Position numbers and translations under genes: made by a program. Below, one piece after another: positions 1 to 8,794 of a DNA stretch of 38,107 nt (positions are counted from its first letter, which is position 1; the number at the start of each line of letters is the position of its first letter). The stretch is from Nitrospiraceae bacterium (GTDB lineage: Bacteria; Nitrospirota; Nitrospiria; Nitrospirales; Nitrospiraceae): contig JBBIQV010000032.1 of assembly GCA_037442105.1 (NCBI GenBank), forward strand, positions 1 to 38,107. The letters are read 5' to 3'. Under the pieces are notes generated by a model. The model saw nothing but the letters and a program-made list of their open reading frames with translations, searched no databases and had not been told where the DNA came from.

Positions 1-120
1 CAGCACCACAAAGGCAGCCGCTTCGTCAATTCTCAACTAATCCTGGCACACCGCCCTGGGCACGATCACTCACTGATACTCCGAGATTGGAGGACAACCT
101 GCCGAAAAGTTCTTCGTGTG

Positions 121-138
121 GTGTTATAGGTATAACAC
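121..138. promoter_or_regulatory. Perfect palindrome GTGTTATA-GG-TATAACAC, candidate operator upstream of the chr locus
   Basis: 8 bp perfect inverted repeat with 2 nt spacer, 5 bp upstream of the -35 hexamer of the chrB promoter. Confidence 0.6.
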
Positions 139-143
139 TATCG

Positions 144-172
144 TTGAGTATCTTACACACCCCAGCTAGAAT
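144..172 (+). promoter_or_regulatory. Sigma70-type promoter for chrB-chrA (TTGAGT-17 bp-TAGAAT)
   Basis: -35 TTGAGT at 144-149, -10 TAGAAT at 167-172, 17 bp spacer; ATG at 184 follows closely with no Shine-Dalgarno. Confidence 0.6.
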
Positions 173-183
173 CCTCTTCGGTT

Positions 184-1147
184 ATGCAACAACGCACACG
201 CTGGCTCGCTCTCATTCTTAGCCTACCGACGCGCAGTACAGCCGCCAGAATGCGTGTCTGGCGCGCACTCAAATCAGTTGGCTGCGGCATCCTCAGAGAT
301 GGCGTCTATGTTCTCCCGGCTACAGCGTCAACTGAACAAGCGTTGCTCATCGCGGCAAAGGATGTACTGGAAGTAAGCGGCACGGCGCATTTGCTGGAAC
401 TCGTGTGTCGCTCTGAGGCCCAAGCAAAGAAAATGATGGCGCTCTTTGATCGAAGCCGCGACTATGCCGCCTTAGTCAAGACGATTCACCAGACAACAAA
501 AAAAAACAGGTACTCTCTCACCAGCGTTGCTCCGAAGAACCCTACACCAGCTTTCTCGGAGGTTCATGGCTCTCCGAGCCATCGATTTCTTTCCTGGAGC
601 AGCGAGTGAGCAAGCGGAAATTTCCCTGGCGGACCTCGACGCCAGACTGCAACAACGAGTTTCCCCAGGCGAGCCGCTCGCAACACGGCGAGCGATTCAG
701 CAGCTAGATAAACGGGGATACCAACACCAAACCTGGGTGACACGGAAGCGCCCCTGGGCCGACCGACTAGCCAGTGCCTGGCTAATTTGCCGATTCATCG
801 ATCCGCACGCGCGATTTGCCTGGCTCGACAGTCCTCACCCCTCACAGACCAACATGATTGGGTTTGACTTCGATGGGGCCACTTTCACCCATGTTGACCA
901 CCGTGTGACATTCGAAGTGCTTCTCGCAAGCTTTGCGTTGGATGGTGACCCGGCTCTGGTGCGCATCGGCAACCTCGTCCACCTGCTGGATGTCGGCGGC
1001 ATCCCTGTCCCGGAAGCCAAAGGAGTCGAAGCCATTCTTCGAGGGTTGAAAGAGAAATTCTCTGATGATGATCGCTTCCTCGCACATGCATGCTCTGTAT
1101 TCGACAGCTTGTATAGGGCCTACAGGACAGAGGAAACAGGGCCATGA
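184..1147 (+). pseudogene. chrB: Chromate resistance regulator ChrB, frameshifted in an A9 tract (498-506)
   Basis: ORF 184..609 has the ChrB N-terminus (RMRVWRALKSVGCGILRDGVYVLP). ORF 527..1147 has the C-terminus (IDFFPG, WVTRKRPWADRLASAWLICRFIDP, GFDFDGATFTH, TFEVLL). Removing one A from A9 fuses them into a stop-free 320 aa ORF. Lies directly upstream of chrA. Confidence 0.88.
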
Positions 1148-2472
1148 ATAGACTTCCCCGACCAGACACAGTCTGCTTCGCTGAGGCCATCCGTTTCTGG
1201 TTGAAACTCGGGTTTATCAGCTTTGGTGGACCAGCGGGCCAAATTGCAATCATGCATCAGGAGCTTGTCGAGAAGCGTCGCTGGATTTCCGAGTGCCGGT
1301 TTCTCCATGCACTCAACTACTGCATGCTGCTCCCAGGCCCGGAAGCGCAACAGCTCGCCACCTACATCGGCTGGCTGCTGCATCGAACCTTGGGCGGAAT
1401 CGTTGCCGGCACCCTGTTCGTCTTGCCCTCAATCTTCATTTTGATCGCCCTATCTTGGATCTATGTGGCCTATGGCCAGGCACCTCTTCTGGTCGGGCTT
1501 TTTTACGGCATCAAACCAGCCGTCACCGCAATCGTCCTCTTTGCAGCCTATCGAATCGGGTCTCGCGCCCTCAAGCATACGATCCTGTGGGTTCTCGCTG
1601 CCGGTTCTTTTGTAGCCATCTTTGCCTTCAATGCCCCCTTCCCGCTCATCGTCGTGATCGCAGCCATCATCGGATTCGTCGGTGGTCGATACCTGCCCGA
1701 ACAGTTTCGAACGGGAGGCGGCCATGCTACCAGTGACAAATCCTACGGTCCTGCCGTGATCGACGACTATACCCCTCCACCACCCCATACTCGATTCACC
1801 TGGTCACGGATCGCTCGCGTCGCTCTTACGGGCGGCCTGTTGTGGCTCTGCCCGATCAGCTATCTGACCACATTCTACGGCTGGAGCAGCACTCTCCCGC
1901 AGATGGGCTGGTTCTTTACGAAGGCCGCGTTGCTCACCTTCGGCGGGGCCTATGCCGTACTTCCCTATGTGTATCAAGGCGCGGTCGGCCAGTATGGTTG
2001 GCTGTCGGGCTTGCAGATGATTGACGGGCTGGCATTAGGCGAAACGACGCCAGGTCCCCTCATTATGGTGGTGACATTCGTTGGATTCGTGGCAGGATGG
2101 GGGCACCAGTTCTTTGGGCCCGATCACCTCTTTTTGGCTGGTTCCGTTGCCGCATTGGTGGTGACCTATTTCACCTTTCTCCCGTCGTTCGTGTTTATTC
2201 TAGCCGGTGGACCAGTGGTGGAATCGACGCGCAATGAATTAACTTATACTGCCCCATTGACCGCCATCACGGCCGCTGTTGTGGGAGTCATTCTGAACCT
2301 TGCACTGTTTTTTGGTTATCATGTGCTGTGGCCGCAGGGCTTCGGGGGCACCTTCGAATGGGCTTCTGCTCTCATTGCGATTGGAGCCACTCTCGCTCTC
2401 TTTCGATTCACGATTGGGGTGATTCCTGTGATCGGTGTCGCTGCCGCTATGGGACTCATCCTGAAATTATGA
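1144..2472 (+). CDS. chrA: Chromate efflux transporter, long-chain CHR family
   Basis: Two homologous hydrophobic halves with CHR motifs GFISFGGPAGQIA, LLPGPEAQQLA, LTFGGAYAVL and ETTPGPLI; ATGA overlap with the chrB stop. Confidence 0.95.
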   Translation: MNRLPRPDTVCFAEAIRFWLKLGFISFGGPAGQIAIMHQELVEKRRWISECRFLHALNYCMLLPGPEAQQLATYIGWLLHRTLGGIVAGTLFVLPSIFILIALSWIYVAYGQAPLLVGLFYGIKPAVTAIVLFAAYRIGSRALKHTILWVLAAGSFVAIFAFNAPFPLIVVIAAIIGFVGGRYLPEQFRTGGGHATSDKSYGPAVIDDYTPPPPHTRFTWSRIARVALTGGLLWLCPISYLTTFYGWSSTLPQMGWFFTKAALLTFGGAYAVLPYVYQGAVGQYGWLSGLQMIDGLALGETTPGPLIMVVTFVGFVAGWGHQFFGPDHLFLAGSVAALVVTYFTFLPSFVFILAGGPVVESTRNELTYTAPLTAITAAVVGVILNLALFFGYHVLWPQGFGGTFEWASALIAIGATLALFRFTIGVIPVIGVAAAMGLILKL

Positions 2473-2518
2473 GGCCACAATGATGCAATGGGTGACACGT
2501 GAGCGCATGAGGTGTGCC

Positions 2519-3262
2519 ATGACATTCTCAGCCAAAGTGGCAGTAGCAGCTACTTCGATTCTTTCCTCGGTAGCAATAGGAGCGTGGTTCTTCGCCCAGG
2601 CAGAAGACGGTCAGTTTGGTATGCCAAAAGGCGTGGAAGGGACGCGCATCTTCAAAGCCATGGAGCATCCTCATTACACCGGACAGTTTCGCCTCAGCGG
2701 ACAACGAGCCACGCTGGTTGGGAGCATGCGGGATGCTTCACCATGGGATCATCTCGACTACGCAGGCAAACACCTATCACTTGTACAAGGAACCATCGAA
2801 ATCGATGTCAACGAACTCACCAACAAGGGCCAAGTGATAGCCGAGTTTGTCGAAGGCGCCGATCACTACCGGATCGTCTTCGACCGTTTTTCAGCCAAGG
2901 CGCCATTCCAGGATGGAGGGGTTGCAACCAGAATTTACGAACATGGCGACTCGGGCAATGGCGATCCCTTGTATCCGAAAACATGGCTCTACCTAGCGGG
3001 ATGGGGAACGGCCACGATGTGGAAGAGGGATCAAGTGCTTTATAAGGACTACGATGCGCACTTCATGGTGATGGAGCGGTCCCGCGATCCCAAAACCCAT
3101 GAGGTCCGCTATCCTGTCAAGCGTGCGCTTCCCGGAGGTGAAACGGATCCGGCCGGGATGGAAGTCGACCTGTGGGTTCGGTCGAAAGAACAGAACACCC
3201 AAAACTTTCCTCCCTATGAAACCTTCGTCCACCTCTACTGGGATGAAGTCATCTGGCGGTAG
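2519..3262 (+). CDS. Hypothetical exported protein
   Basis: Long ORF; ATG 2519 is preceded by GAGGTG (alternative start 2480); N-terminal hydrophobic signal ending AQA; no family recognised. Confidence 0.7.
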   Translation: MTFSAKVAVAATSILSSVAIGAWFFAQAEDGQFGMPKGVEGTRIFKAMEHPHYTGQFRLSGQRATLVGSMRDASPWDHLDYAGKHLSLVQGTIEIDVNELTNKGQVIAEFVEGADHYRIVFDRFSAKAPFQDGGVATRIYEHGDSGNGDPLYPKTWLYLAGWGTATMWKRDQVLYKDYDAHFMVMERSRDPKTHEVRYPVKRALPGGETDPAGMEVDLWVRSKEQNTQNFPPYETFVHLYWDEVIWR

Positions 3263-3333
3263 TCCGGAAACAACACAGTTGGAGCAGCAGCGAGCAGGTC
3301 GGAAGAATCAAACTTGAAGGAAGGAGGGGAGCC

Positions 3334-3885
3334 ATGCGCTCGATACGCCACATCACTGCGGAGGTGGCCATCTTGGGACTGTTGTGGTGGCCTCTTGGAT
3401 GCGCTGTCGCGCCGCTCATGCACCGAGGCGGGATTATGGTGGATAATTGGGCCGAGGTAAAGGCCGATGACAAAACAGTCTCTGGGATCCTGGCTGCTTT
3501 CAATCGAGCTGAAGCGGCCCTTCAAGCAGGTAACGTGGATGATTTGATGGGCCTCTATTCTGAACGTTACAGCTACCACGGGTTGACGAAACAAGATTTG
3601 AGAAAGATCTGGGATGAACTACTGCTAGGACATCGTGAATTCAGAAGTAATCACATTCTTTCTCGCATTGTAGAGACGCTGGATCATCCTCAAGGTGCTG
3701 AAATCACTTGTACTGGGAGCCTGTGGGCGGTCTCTAAGGAAACCGGACAACCGGTCAACATCGACAGCTGGTACGGAGAAGTTCACTATATGGTCAATGA
3801 GAACGGCACATGGCGGGTTCGTGGGCATCGTGGGGAGGCTCCTCAGACATTGGTATTCGGTGCAGCCCCACATCCATTCTTTTAG
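3334..3885 (+). CDS. Putative lipoprotein with NTF2/SnoaL-like fold
   Basis: Strong RBS (AAGGAAGGAGGGGG); signal peptide with lipobox-like LGC; ALQAGNVDDLMGLYSE...ENGTWRV pattern typical of NTF2-like proteins. Confidence 0.65.
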   Translation: MRSIRHITAEVAILGLLWWPLGCAVAPLMHRGGIMVDNWAEVKADDKTVSGILAAFNRAEAALQAGNVDDLMGLYSERYSYHGLTKQDLRKIWDELLLGHREFRSNHILSRIVETLDHPQGAEITCTGSLWAVSKETGQPVNIDSWYGEVHYMVNENGTWRVRGHRGEAPQTLVFGAAPHPFF

Positions 3886-3930
3886 CCGGCTACGACCTCT
3901 CGCCTCCGGGTCCTTGATGGCATCGGACTC

Positions 3931-4614
3931 ATGCCCAAACTGTTCATAGCTATTTTTGCGCTCACGGCATTGACCGCTACTGCAGGAACTGGGGGCAACC
4001 AGTCCACACGCGCAGATGAACCGATGGGCAGCGCCAAGATGTGGAACTTTGATGCCGATCCGCCTGGTACCCTGCCCAAGGATTTCGTGGTCGGGACGCT
4101 GTTTGACAAAAGGCCCGCCGGGGATTGGAAGGTTCTACAAAGCGATCGCTCCCTCAGCTCACCTCACGTGCTGGGGCAACTCATGGGAAAAGGGGCGGAA
4201 CATGCTTACAAGGTGGTACTGATCAACGGAAGCACGTCTTCTGATCTGGATTTGGAGGTATCCCTTCTGCCGGTGGGTGGAACAGGGGACATGGGTGGTG
4301 GCCTCATCTGGCGGGCAAGCGATGATCGGAACTACTATCTGACCAGAGCCAATCCATTAGAGCAGAATATCCGGATCTATCGGGTCGTAAAAGGCATCCG
4401 GCAGATGCTCGGGAATTTCGACCAGATAATGGATGTCCGAAGGTGGCATACGGTTCGGATCCTCATGAGAGGGTGTCACGTCCAAGTCTTCTTTGACGAG
4501 AAGCCGGTTTTTGATCTGTGTGACGAGACCTTCAAGAAAGGGCGTATTGGCCTGTGGACCAAATCCGATGCGGTGACTTATTTTGACGATCTGAGGGTTC
4601 AGATCCTAAACTAA
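3931..4614 (+). CDS. Exported DUF1080/LamG-like jelly-roll protein
   Basis: Signal peptide; WNFD, GGGLIWRASDDRNYY, WHTVRI and GRIGLWTKSDAVTYFDDLRV motifs of concanavalin A-like beta-sandwich proteins. Confidence 0.7.
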   Translation: MPKLFIAIFALTALTATAGTGGNQSTRADEPMGSAKMWNFDADPPGTLPKDFVVGTLFDKRPAGDWKVLQSDRSLSSPHVLGQLMGKGAEHAYKVVLINGSTSSDLDLEVSLLPVGGTGDMGGGLIWRASDDRNYYLTRANPLEQNIRIYRVVKGIRQMLGNFDQIMDVRRWHTVRILMRGCHVQVFFDEKPVFDLCDETFKKGRIGLWTKSDAVTYFDDLRVQILN

Positions 4615-4637
4615 GGCGTGAAAGTCGGAATGCTCTG

Positions 4638-5678
4638 ATGACATCTATGAATCCAGACCGTGTTTGCCCTCCTTTCCAACCGCACCCACTCCTCCGCAAC
4701 GCCCATGCAATGACCATCGTCCCGCGCTATTGGCCGCGGGGAAGGTTGCTCACGGGGATCCCTCAGGAGGCCCGCCTGTTTTCTGTCACACCGGACACGC
4801 AATTGCTGGGGTTCTGCCATTGGCAACCAGATCGGAAAAAGGCCGGGACCGCCGTCCTCATCCATGGGCTAGAAGGCTGCAGCGAGTCCCACTACATGCG
4901 GGGCATAGCCGGCAAGGCCTGGAAGGCCGGACTCAACGTCATTCGCTTAAATCAGCGGACGTGCGGCGAGTCCGAGCACCTCACTCCCACGCTCTATAAC
5001 AGCGGGCTCAGCAACGACTACCGAGCGGTGGTGATGGAATTATCGAACGTGGATGGACTGGAGCATGTCTGGTTAGCCGGGTATTCCATGGGGGGAAACC
5101 TTGCGCTCAAGATGGCCGGAGAAGCCGGCTCCTCGCTGCCTGCGCTGCGCGGCGTGCTCGCCGTCTGTCCCAATATCGATCCTGCGAAATGCGTCGATGC
5201 CCTCGAACAACCCGGAAATCGCCTCTATCATGACCATTTTCTGAAGCGGCTGAAGGCACGACTACACCGCAAGGCCTCTGCGTTCCCCGATCGGTGGGAC
5301 CCGACACTCCTCTCACGCATCACCACGATTCGCGAGTTCGACGATTGGTATACCGCGCCGGACGGGGGATATGCCGATGCGGCAGATTATTACGATCGGG
5401 CTGGAGCTCGTCATGTCATCGCCCACATCACCGTTCCAACAGTGATCATCACCGCGCAAGACGATCCGTTCATCCCGTATCGCACGTTCACCATCCCGGC
5501 CATTCAACACAATCCGTCGATACGCCTGATCGCTCCATCACATGGGGGCCATTGCGGATTTTTCCAACGAGCGCGTGCAGAAAAAGATTCGTTCTGGGCA
5601 GAAAACCGGCTCGTGGAGATTATGGTGAACGGGACGGACCAGCGAGATGTTCGTGCACTTCCTGCACATACGTCTTGA
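4638..5678 (+). CDS. Alpha/beta hydrolase, YheT-like
   Basis: HGLEG oxyanion motif, GYSMGG nucleophile elbow, AQDDPF acid and GGHCGF catalytic His. Confidence 0.9.
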   Translation: MTSMNPDRVCPPFQPHPLLRNAHAMTIVPRYWPRGRLLTGIPQEARLFSVTPDTQLLGFCHWQPDRKKAGTAVLIHGLEGCSESHYMRGIAGKAWKAGLNVIRLNQRTCGESEHLTPTLYNSGLSNDYRAVVMELSNVDGLEHVWLAGYSMGGNLALKMAGEAGSSLPALRGVLAVCPNIDPAKCVDALEQPGNRLYHDHFLKRLKARLHRKASAFPDRWDPTLLSRITTIREFDDWYTAPDGGYADAADYYDRAGARHVIAHITVPTVIITAQDDPFIPYRTFTIPAIQHNPSIRLIAPSHGGHCGFFQRARAEKDSFWAENRLVEIMVNGTDQRDVRALPAHTS

Positions 5679-7116
5679 ATGGATCGGCCATGGGAAATGG
5701 CGGGCGGCCGCGTAGTTGGAAGACGGACCAATTGATGACGTAAGGGGGGGAGAACCGGTCTTCGGCGCTCGAGTCCTGAATCTCATCCCTGGGCCCACAG
5801 GCCAGCAGGTGACGGATTAGTTCGCCACGTCCAAACGCCCGTGTATTTCTGGGCGGATGCCCTTGAGCCAGTTCTATCGCCTTGTCCGTCGTTACGCGCG
5901 GGACTTGCCCCTCTTCGACGAGGCCGAAATACAGCCCTTTCTCAGGATGGAGGTTGTGGTACTCCAAATCGAGGCTCTTGAGCGTGGGATCATCCCAATC
6001 GACTTTTTCAGCCTCGCGAAAGGTCTCCAGAAGCCAGAGCTTGGACGCCCAGTCCACGCGCCCGACCAACTTGGTGTAATCCTCTCGTAGGTCTGCCAGC
6101 ACCCGCTCCCACTGCTCGAGCACCCAGTCCGTCTCCTCGTCTTGTCCCTTGCAGTGCTGCTGGGCGGAGGCGAGGAACCGTTCCTGGATGTCTAATGCCG
6201 CCATCGTTTTGCCTGACTCCAGCGTGACTAGCCACCGGCGCTCCTGATCCCGGGAGATTTCTTGTAGGGTCTCCACCGGCTCCCCGATCTCGAGCCCTTT
6301 CGGCGCCTGTCCGTTTTCGATGAGCTGCAACACCAACCCCGTAGTCCCCATCTTCAGCATCGTCGCGTACTCGGCCATGTTGGAATCGCCGCAGAGGAGA
6401 TGAATGCGCCGATAGTGATGAGGATCCGCTAAGGGCTCATCGCGCGTGTTCACGATGGCGCGATTCTGCTGCACCCATTCGAAGAAATCGTTCACGATGT
6501 GATCGGCTCGTTGAGAAATCTGAAATGGCAGCACCGTCCAATCCCCGGCGTCGCGCAACCCGGGCCGGTGCAGAATGATCTGGCCGACCTGCACCCACTC
6601 ATTCGGGCTGGTGGCCACGCCGACGCGACCGGCTCCCGTAAACACCTGCCTGGTCACCAAGAAGGACACGAGGGGGGCAAGGCCCCGACGCGAGAATGGG
6701 AAACTTCTCGAGACGAGGTAATTTTCGTGGCATCCGAACGTGGCATCCGTTTCGTGATCGATGTTGTTCTTAATGATCGCCACGTGGTCCGCAAGCCCCA
6801 GGTCCTGCACGGCGCTTTGGAGGAGCTGATCGCCCGCCCGATCGGACGCCACCAGATCAGTCAGCGTTCCGCACTCCGGCGAGGCATATTCGAGATGCCC
6901 CATGTCCAGATAGATTCGGCCGGCGTTAGTGAGAAAACCCCCGTTGCCCGGCGGCTCATCATGGCCACGGTGGTGCAGATCGAGGACGCCGCGCCGTTGG
7001 ATATGAAACACCTGGTCTCGAATGCGATGGGCCAGCCAGGAGGGGGAATGTTCAGGCCGGTCTTGATTGATCAAGAGACCATATTCAGTTTCGAGCCCGA
7101 AGATTCGGTTCAACAT
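5620..7116 (-). CDS. pafA: Pup/UBact-protein ligase PafA
   Basis: RIFGLETEYG, NAGRIYLDMGHLEYASPEC, GCHENY, SQRAD, NTRDEPLAD, RRIHLLCGDSNM and DLEYH motifs; no Dop loop; last gene of the proteasome operon; ATG 7116 preferred over TTG 7134. Confidence 0.88.
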   Translation of the reverse strand: MLNRIFGLETEYGLLINQDRPEHSPSWLAHRIRDQVFHIQRRGVLDLHHRGHDEPPGNGGFLTNAGRIYLDMGHLEYASPECGTLTDLVASDRAGDQLLQSAVQDLGLADHVAIIKNNIDHETDATFGCHENYLVSRSFPFSRRGLAPLVSFLVTRQVFTGAGRVGVATSPNEWVQVGQIILHRPGLRDAGDWTVLPFQISQRADHIVNDFFEWVQQNRAIVNTRDEPLADPHHYRRIHLLCGDSNMAEYATMLKMGTTGLVLQLIENGQAPKGLEIGEPVETLQEISRDQERRWLVTLESGKTMAALDIQERFLASAQQHCKGQDEETDWVLEQWERVLADLREDYTKLVGRVDWASKLWLLETFREAEKVDWDDPTLKSLDLEYHNLHPEKGLYFGLVEEGQVPRVTTDKAIELAQGHPPRNTRAFGRGELIRHLLACGPRDEIQDSSAEDRFSPPYVINWSVFQLRGRPPFPMADPFKTYVQEVHEHLAGPSRSP

Positions 7117-7121
7117 GGATT

Positions 7122-7204
7122 CGTTATTCGTCAATCGTCAGCGTCAACAGCAATAGAAGCTTGAGGTCGGCTAACGCGTGATGATTCACGCTTCACGATG
7201 AACG
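7122..7204. repeat. Degenerate 7-bp repeat arrays in inverted orientation (CGTCAAT-like ... CTTCACG-like)
   Basis: CGTTATT CGTCAAT CGTCAG CGTCAAC at 7122-7148 and ATTCACG CTTCACG ATGAACG at 7184-7204, the latter overlapping the prcA 3' end. Confidence 0.55.
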
Positions 7205-8016
7205 TTTCGCAGGTCGGTCGGCAGCAGACGGCCAAGTTCGTCAGCTTTCAGGGCGCGGTACTTCGATGAACCGGGCGCGCCACGTTCCAACACCGCACAT
7301 TCGACCGTCTTCTCTGCCACCGTTGCCCGGAGGTGAGCCATCACCGTAGCGGCATCCGGGGGCGATGTTGCAGGCGCTTGGTCGGCGGATCGGGGAGCGT
7401 CAGGACTTTCTCCGGCCTCCGCCCGCTGCTGTACCAACGATCCGACCGCCCAGGTCTGAAGGGCGCTGCCCACCGCTTGCTCTATCGACGCTGCCTCAAG
7501 CCCTGTTTCGTTTTTCAGATAGGTGCCCATGTGATCCTGGATCGCCGTGGTCGCCGCCAACACGGCCCATCCCGCCGTCTCCTCGAAGGTCCCATCGTAG
7601 TTGATCGTCAGAAACGCATCTCGTCCGGATTTCAGCCCAAGTTCGGCAAGCAGAATCTTCGCAATGAACGGTGCCTTGAAAATTTCTTCGAACGCCTGTT
7701 TGATGATGGGAGCCACACCATATTTCACCAGCCGCGTGCCCGTGACGTCGGACGGCGAACGGTTAAAACCCTCCACGTGGGCCATTTCCAGTAGATCGAA
7801 CCGCAGCTTTTCCAAATCGGCCGGGTGCCCCATGCCCCCTAACGCGATACGGTCGTAGATCTCGTACAGCTTCGGCGTGCCGCGGCTGACGGTGAGAAGG
7901 AGAATGCCGTCCGCATAGGAAAGGGCCACGACCGGACTGCCTTGTTTGAATTGCTCATCGAGATACTGACGGCGATTACCGACCGCTTCGACCCACCGAT
8001 ACGGTTCTTCATACAT
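7186..8016 (-). CDS. prcA: 20S proteasome alpha subunit
   Basis: GSPVVALSYADGILLL, KLYEIYDRIALGGMG and AELG motifs resembling actinobacterial PrcA; follows prcB; ATG 8016 overlaps the prcB 3' end (alternative start 8034). Confidence 0.9.
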   Translation of the reverse strand: MYEEPYRWVEAVGNRRQYLDEQFKQGSPVVALSYADGILLLTVSRGTPKLYEIYDRIALGGMGHPADLEKLRFDLLEMAHVEGFNRSPSDVTGTRLVKYGVAPIIKQAFEEIFKAPFIAKILLAELGLKSGRDAFLTINYDGTFEETAGWAVLAATTAIQDHMGTYLKNETGLEAASIEQAVGSALQTWAVGSLVQQRAEAGESPDAPRSADQAPATSPPDAATVMAHLRATVAEKTVECAVLERGAPGSSKYRALKADELGRLLPTDLRNVHREA

Positions 8017-8785
8017 GGCGAGATACCTTGGCATCGAAAAGCGGCTTCAACCGGCGATCCGTTATGGTTTGCACCCCGGTCTTCGTGATGAGTTTGACCA
8101 CCGGATACAAGTTGGCTTCACGATTCACACCCCCCGTCGCCGAATCAAATTCGGCGGCACAGGTCAGCAGTCTGAGCGCTTGGATGGTTGCTTCCTCTTC
8201 GGACAATTCGCTGAGCGGTTGTGTCCCCCAGCTATTGAGATAATGCAGAATGCCGCGGATCGTCGGCGATCCGGAACCCGACACGGCATATTCCACGCCT
8301 TCGAACTCCGCACCAAGGATGTCGTAAAAGAAAATCTTGGCAGCCCCGTGCTCCAAATCATAACCGGCAAAAATCGGGGCCACCGCACCGGTCCCGGCTA
8401 ACGCGGCGGCGACATTGTCCTTCAGCAGCTTCGACACCGCCCGCAGCTTGCCTTCGAAGCTCAATTCCTGAAGCTGGGTGCGGCGATAATACTTGAACGA
8501 GTGCTCCAGCACGCGAGCCATCTCATAGGCGGTCGCAGGCACGCCGGCAATCGCCAGCACACTGTGCCGGTCTAGATCGAGCACTTTGTCCGTCCGGTCG
8601 TACATGACCGTGTTACCCGCCGTCGCCCGGCGGTCCCCTGCCACCAGGACTCCCTCCCGATACTTCATCGCCAGGATCGTCGTGCCACTCGTCAACTCCT
8701 GTCCATCAGCACGGGCCGAGACCGGCGTCTCGAGCTGATAGCCCTGTTCTTTCAGCAGTTGCAAGAAATCGCCGTGCATGCCCAT
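8009..8785 (-). CDS. prcB: 20S proteasome beta subunit, Thr protease with propeptide
   Basis: Propeptide cleavage site LTSG/TTILAMKY; AGDRRATAG, DKV, SGSGS and DSATGG catalytic motifs; RBS GGAGA. Confidence 0.95.
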   Translation of the reverse strand: MGMHGDFLQLLKEQGYQLETPVSARADGQELTSGTTILAMKYREGVLVAGDRRATAGNTVMYDRTDKVLDLDRHSVLAIAGVPATAYEMARVLEHSFKYYRRTQLQELSFEGKLRAVSKLLKDNVAAALAGTGAVAPIFAGYDLEHGAAKIFFYDILGAEFEGVEYAVSGSGSPTIRGILHYLNSWGTQPLSELSEEEATIQALRLLTCAAEFDSATGGVNREANLYPVVKLITKTGVQTITDRRLKPLFDAKVSRHV

Positions 8786-8794
8786 CTTTTTCTC

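Noticed and set aside
44..60. TGGCAC as a sigma54 -24 element upstream of chrB
   Set aside because: No TTGC/GC at the -12 position; a good sigma70 promoter explains the locus
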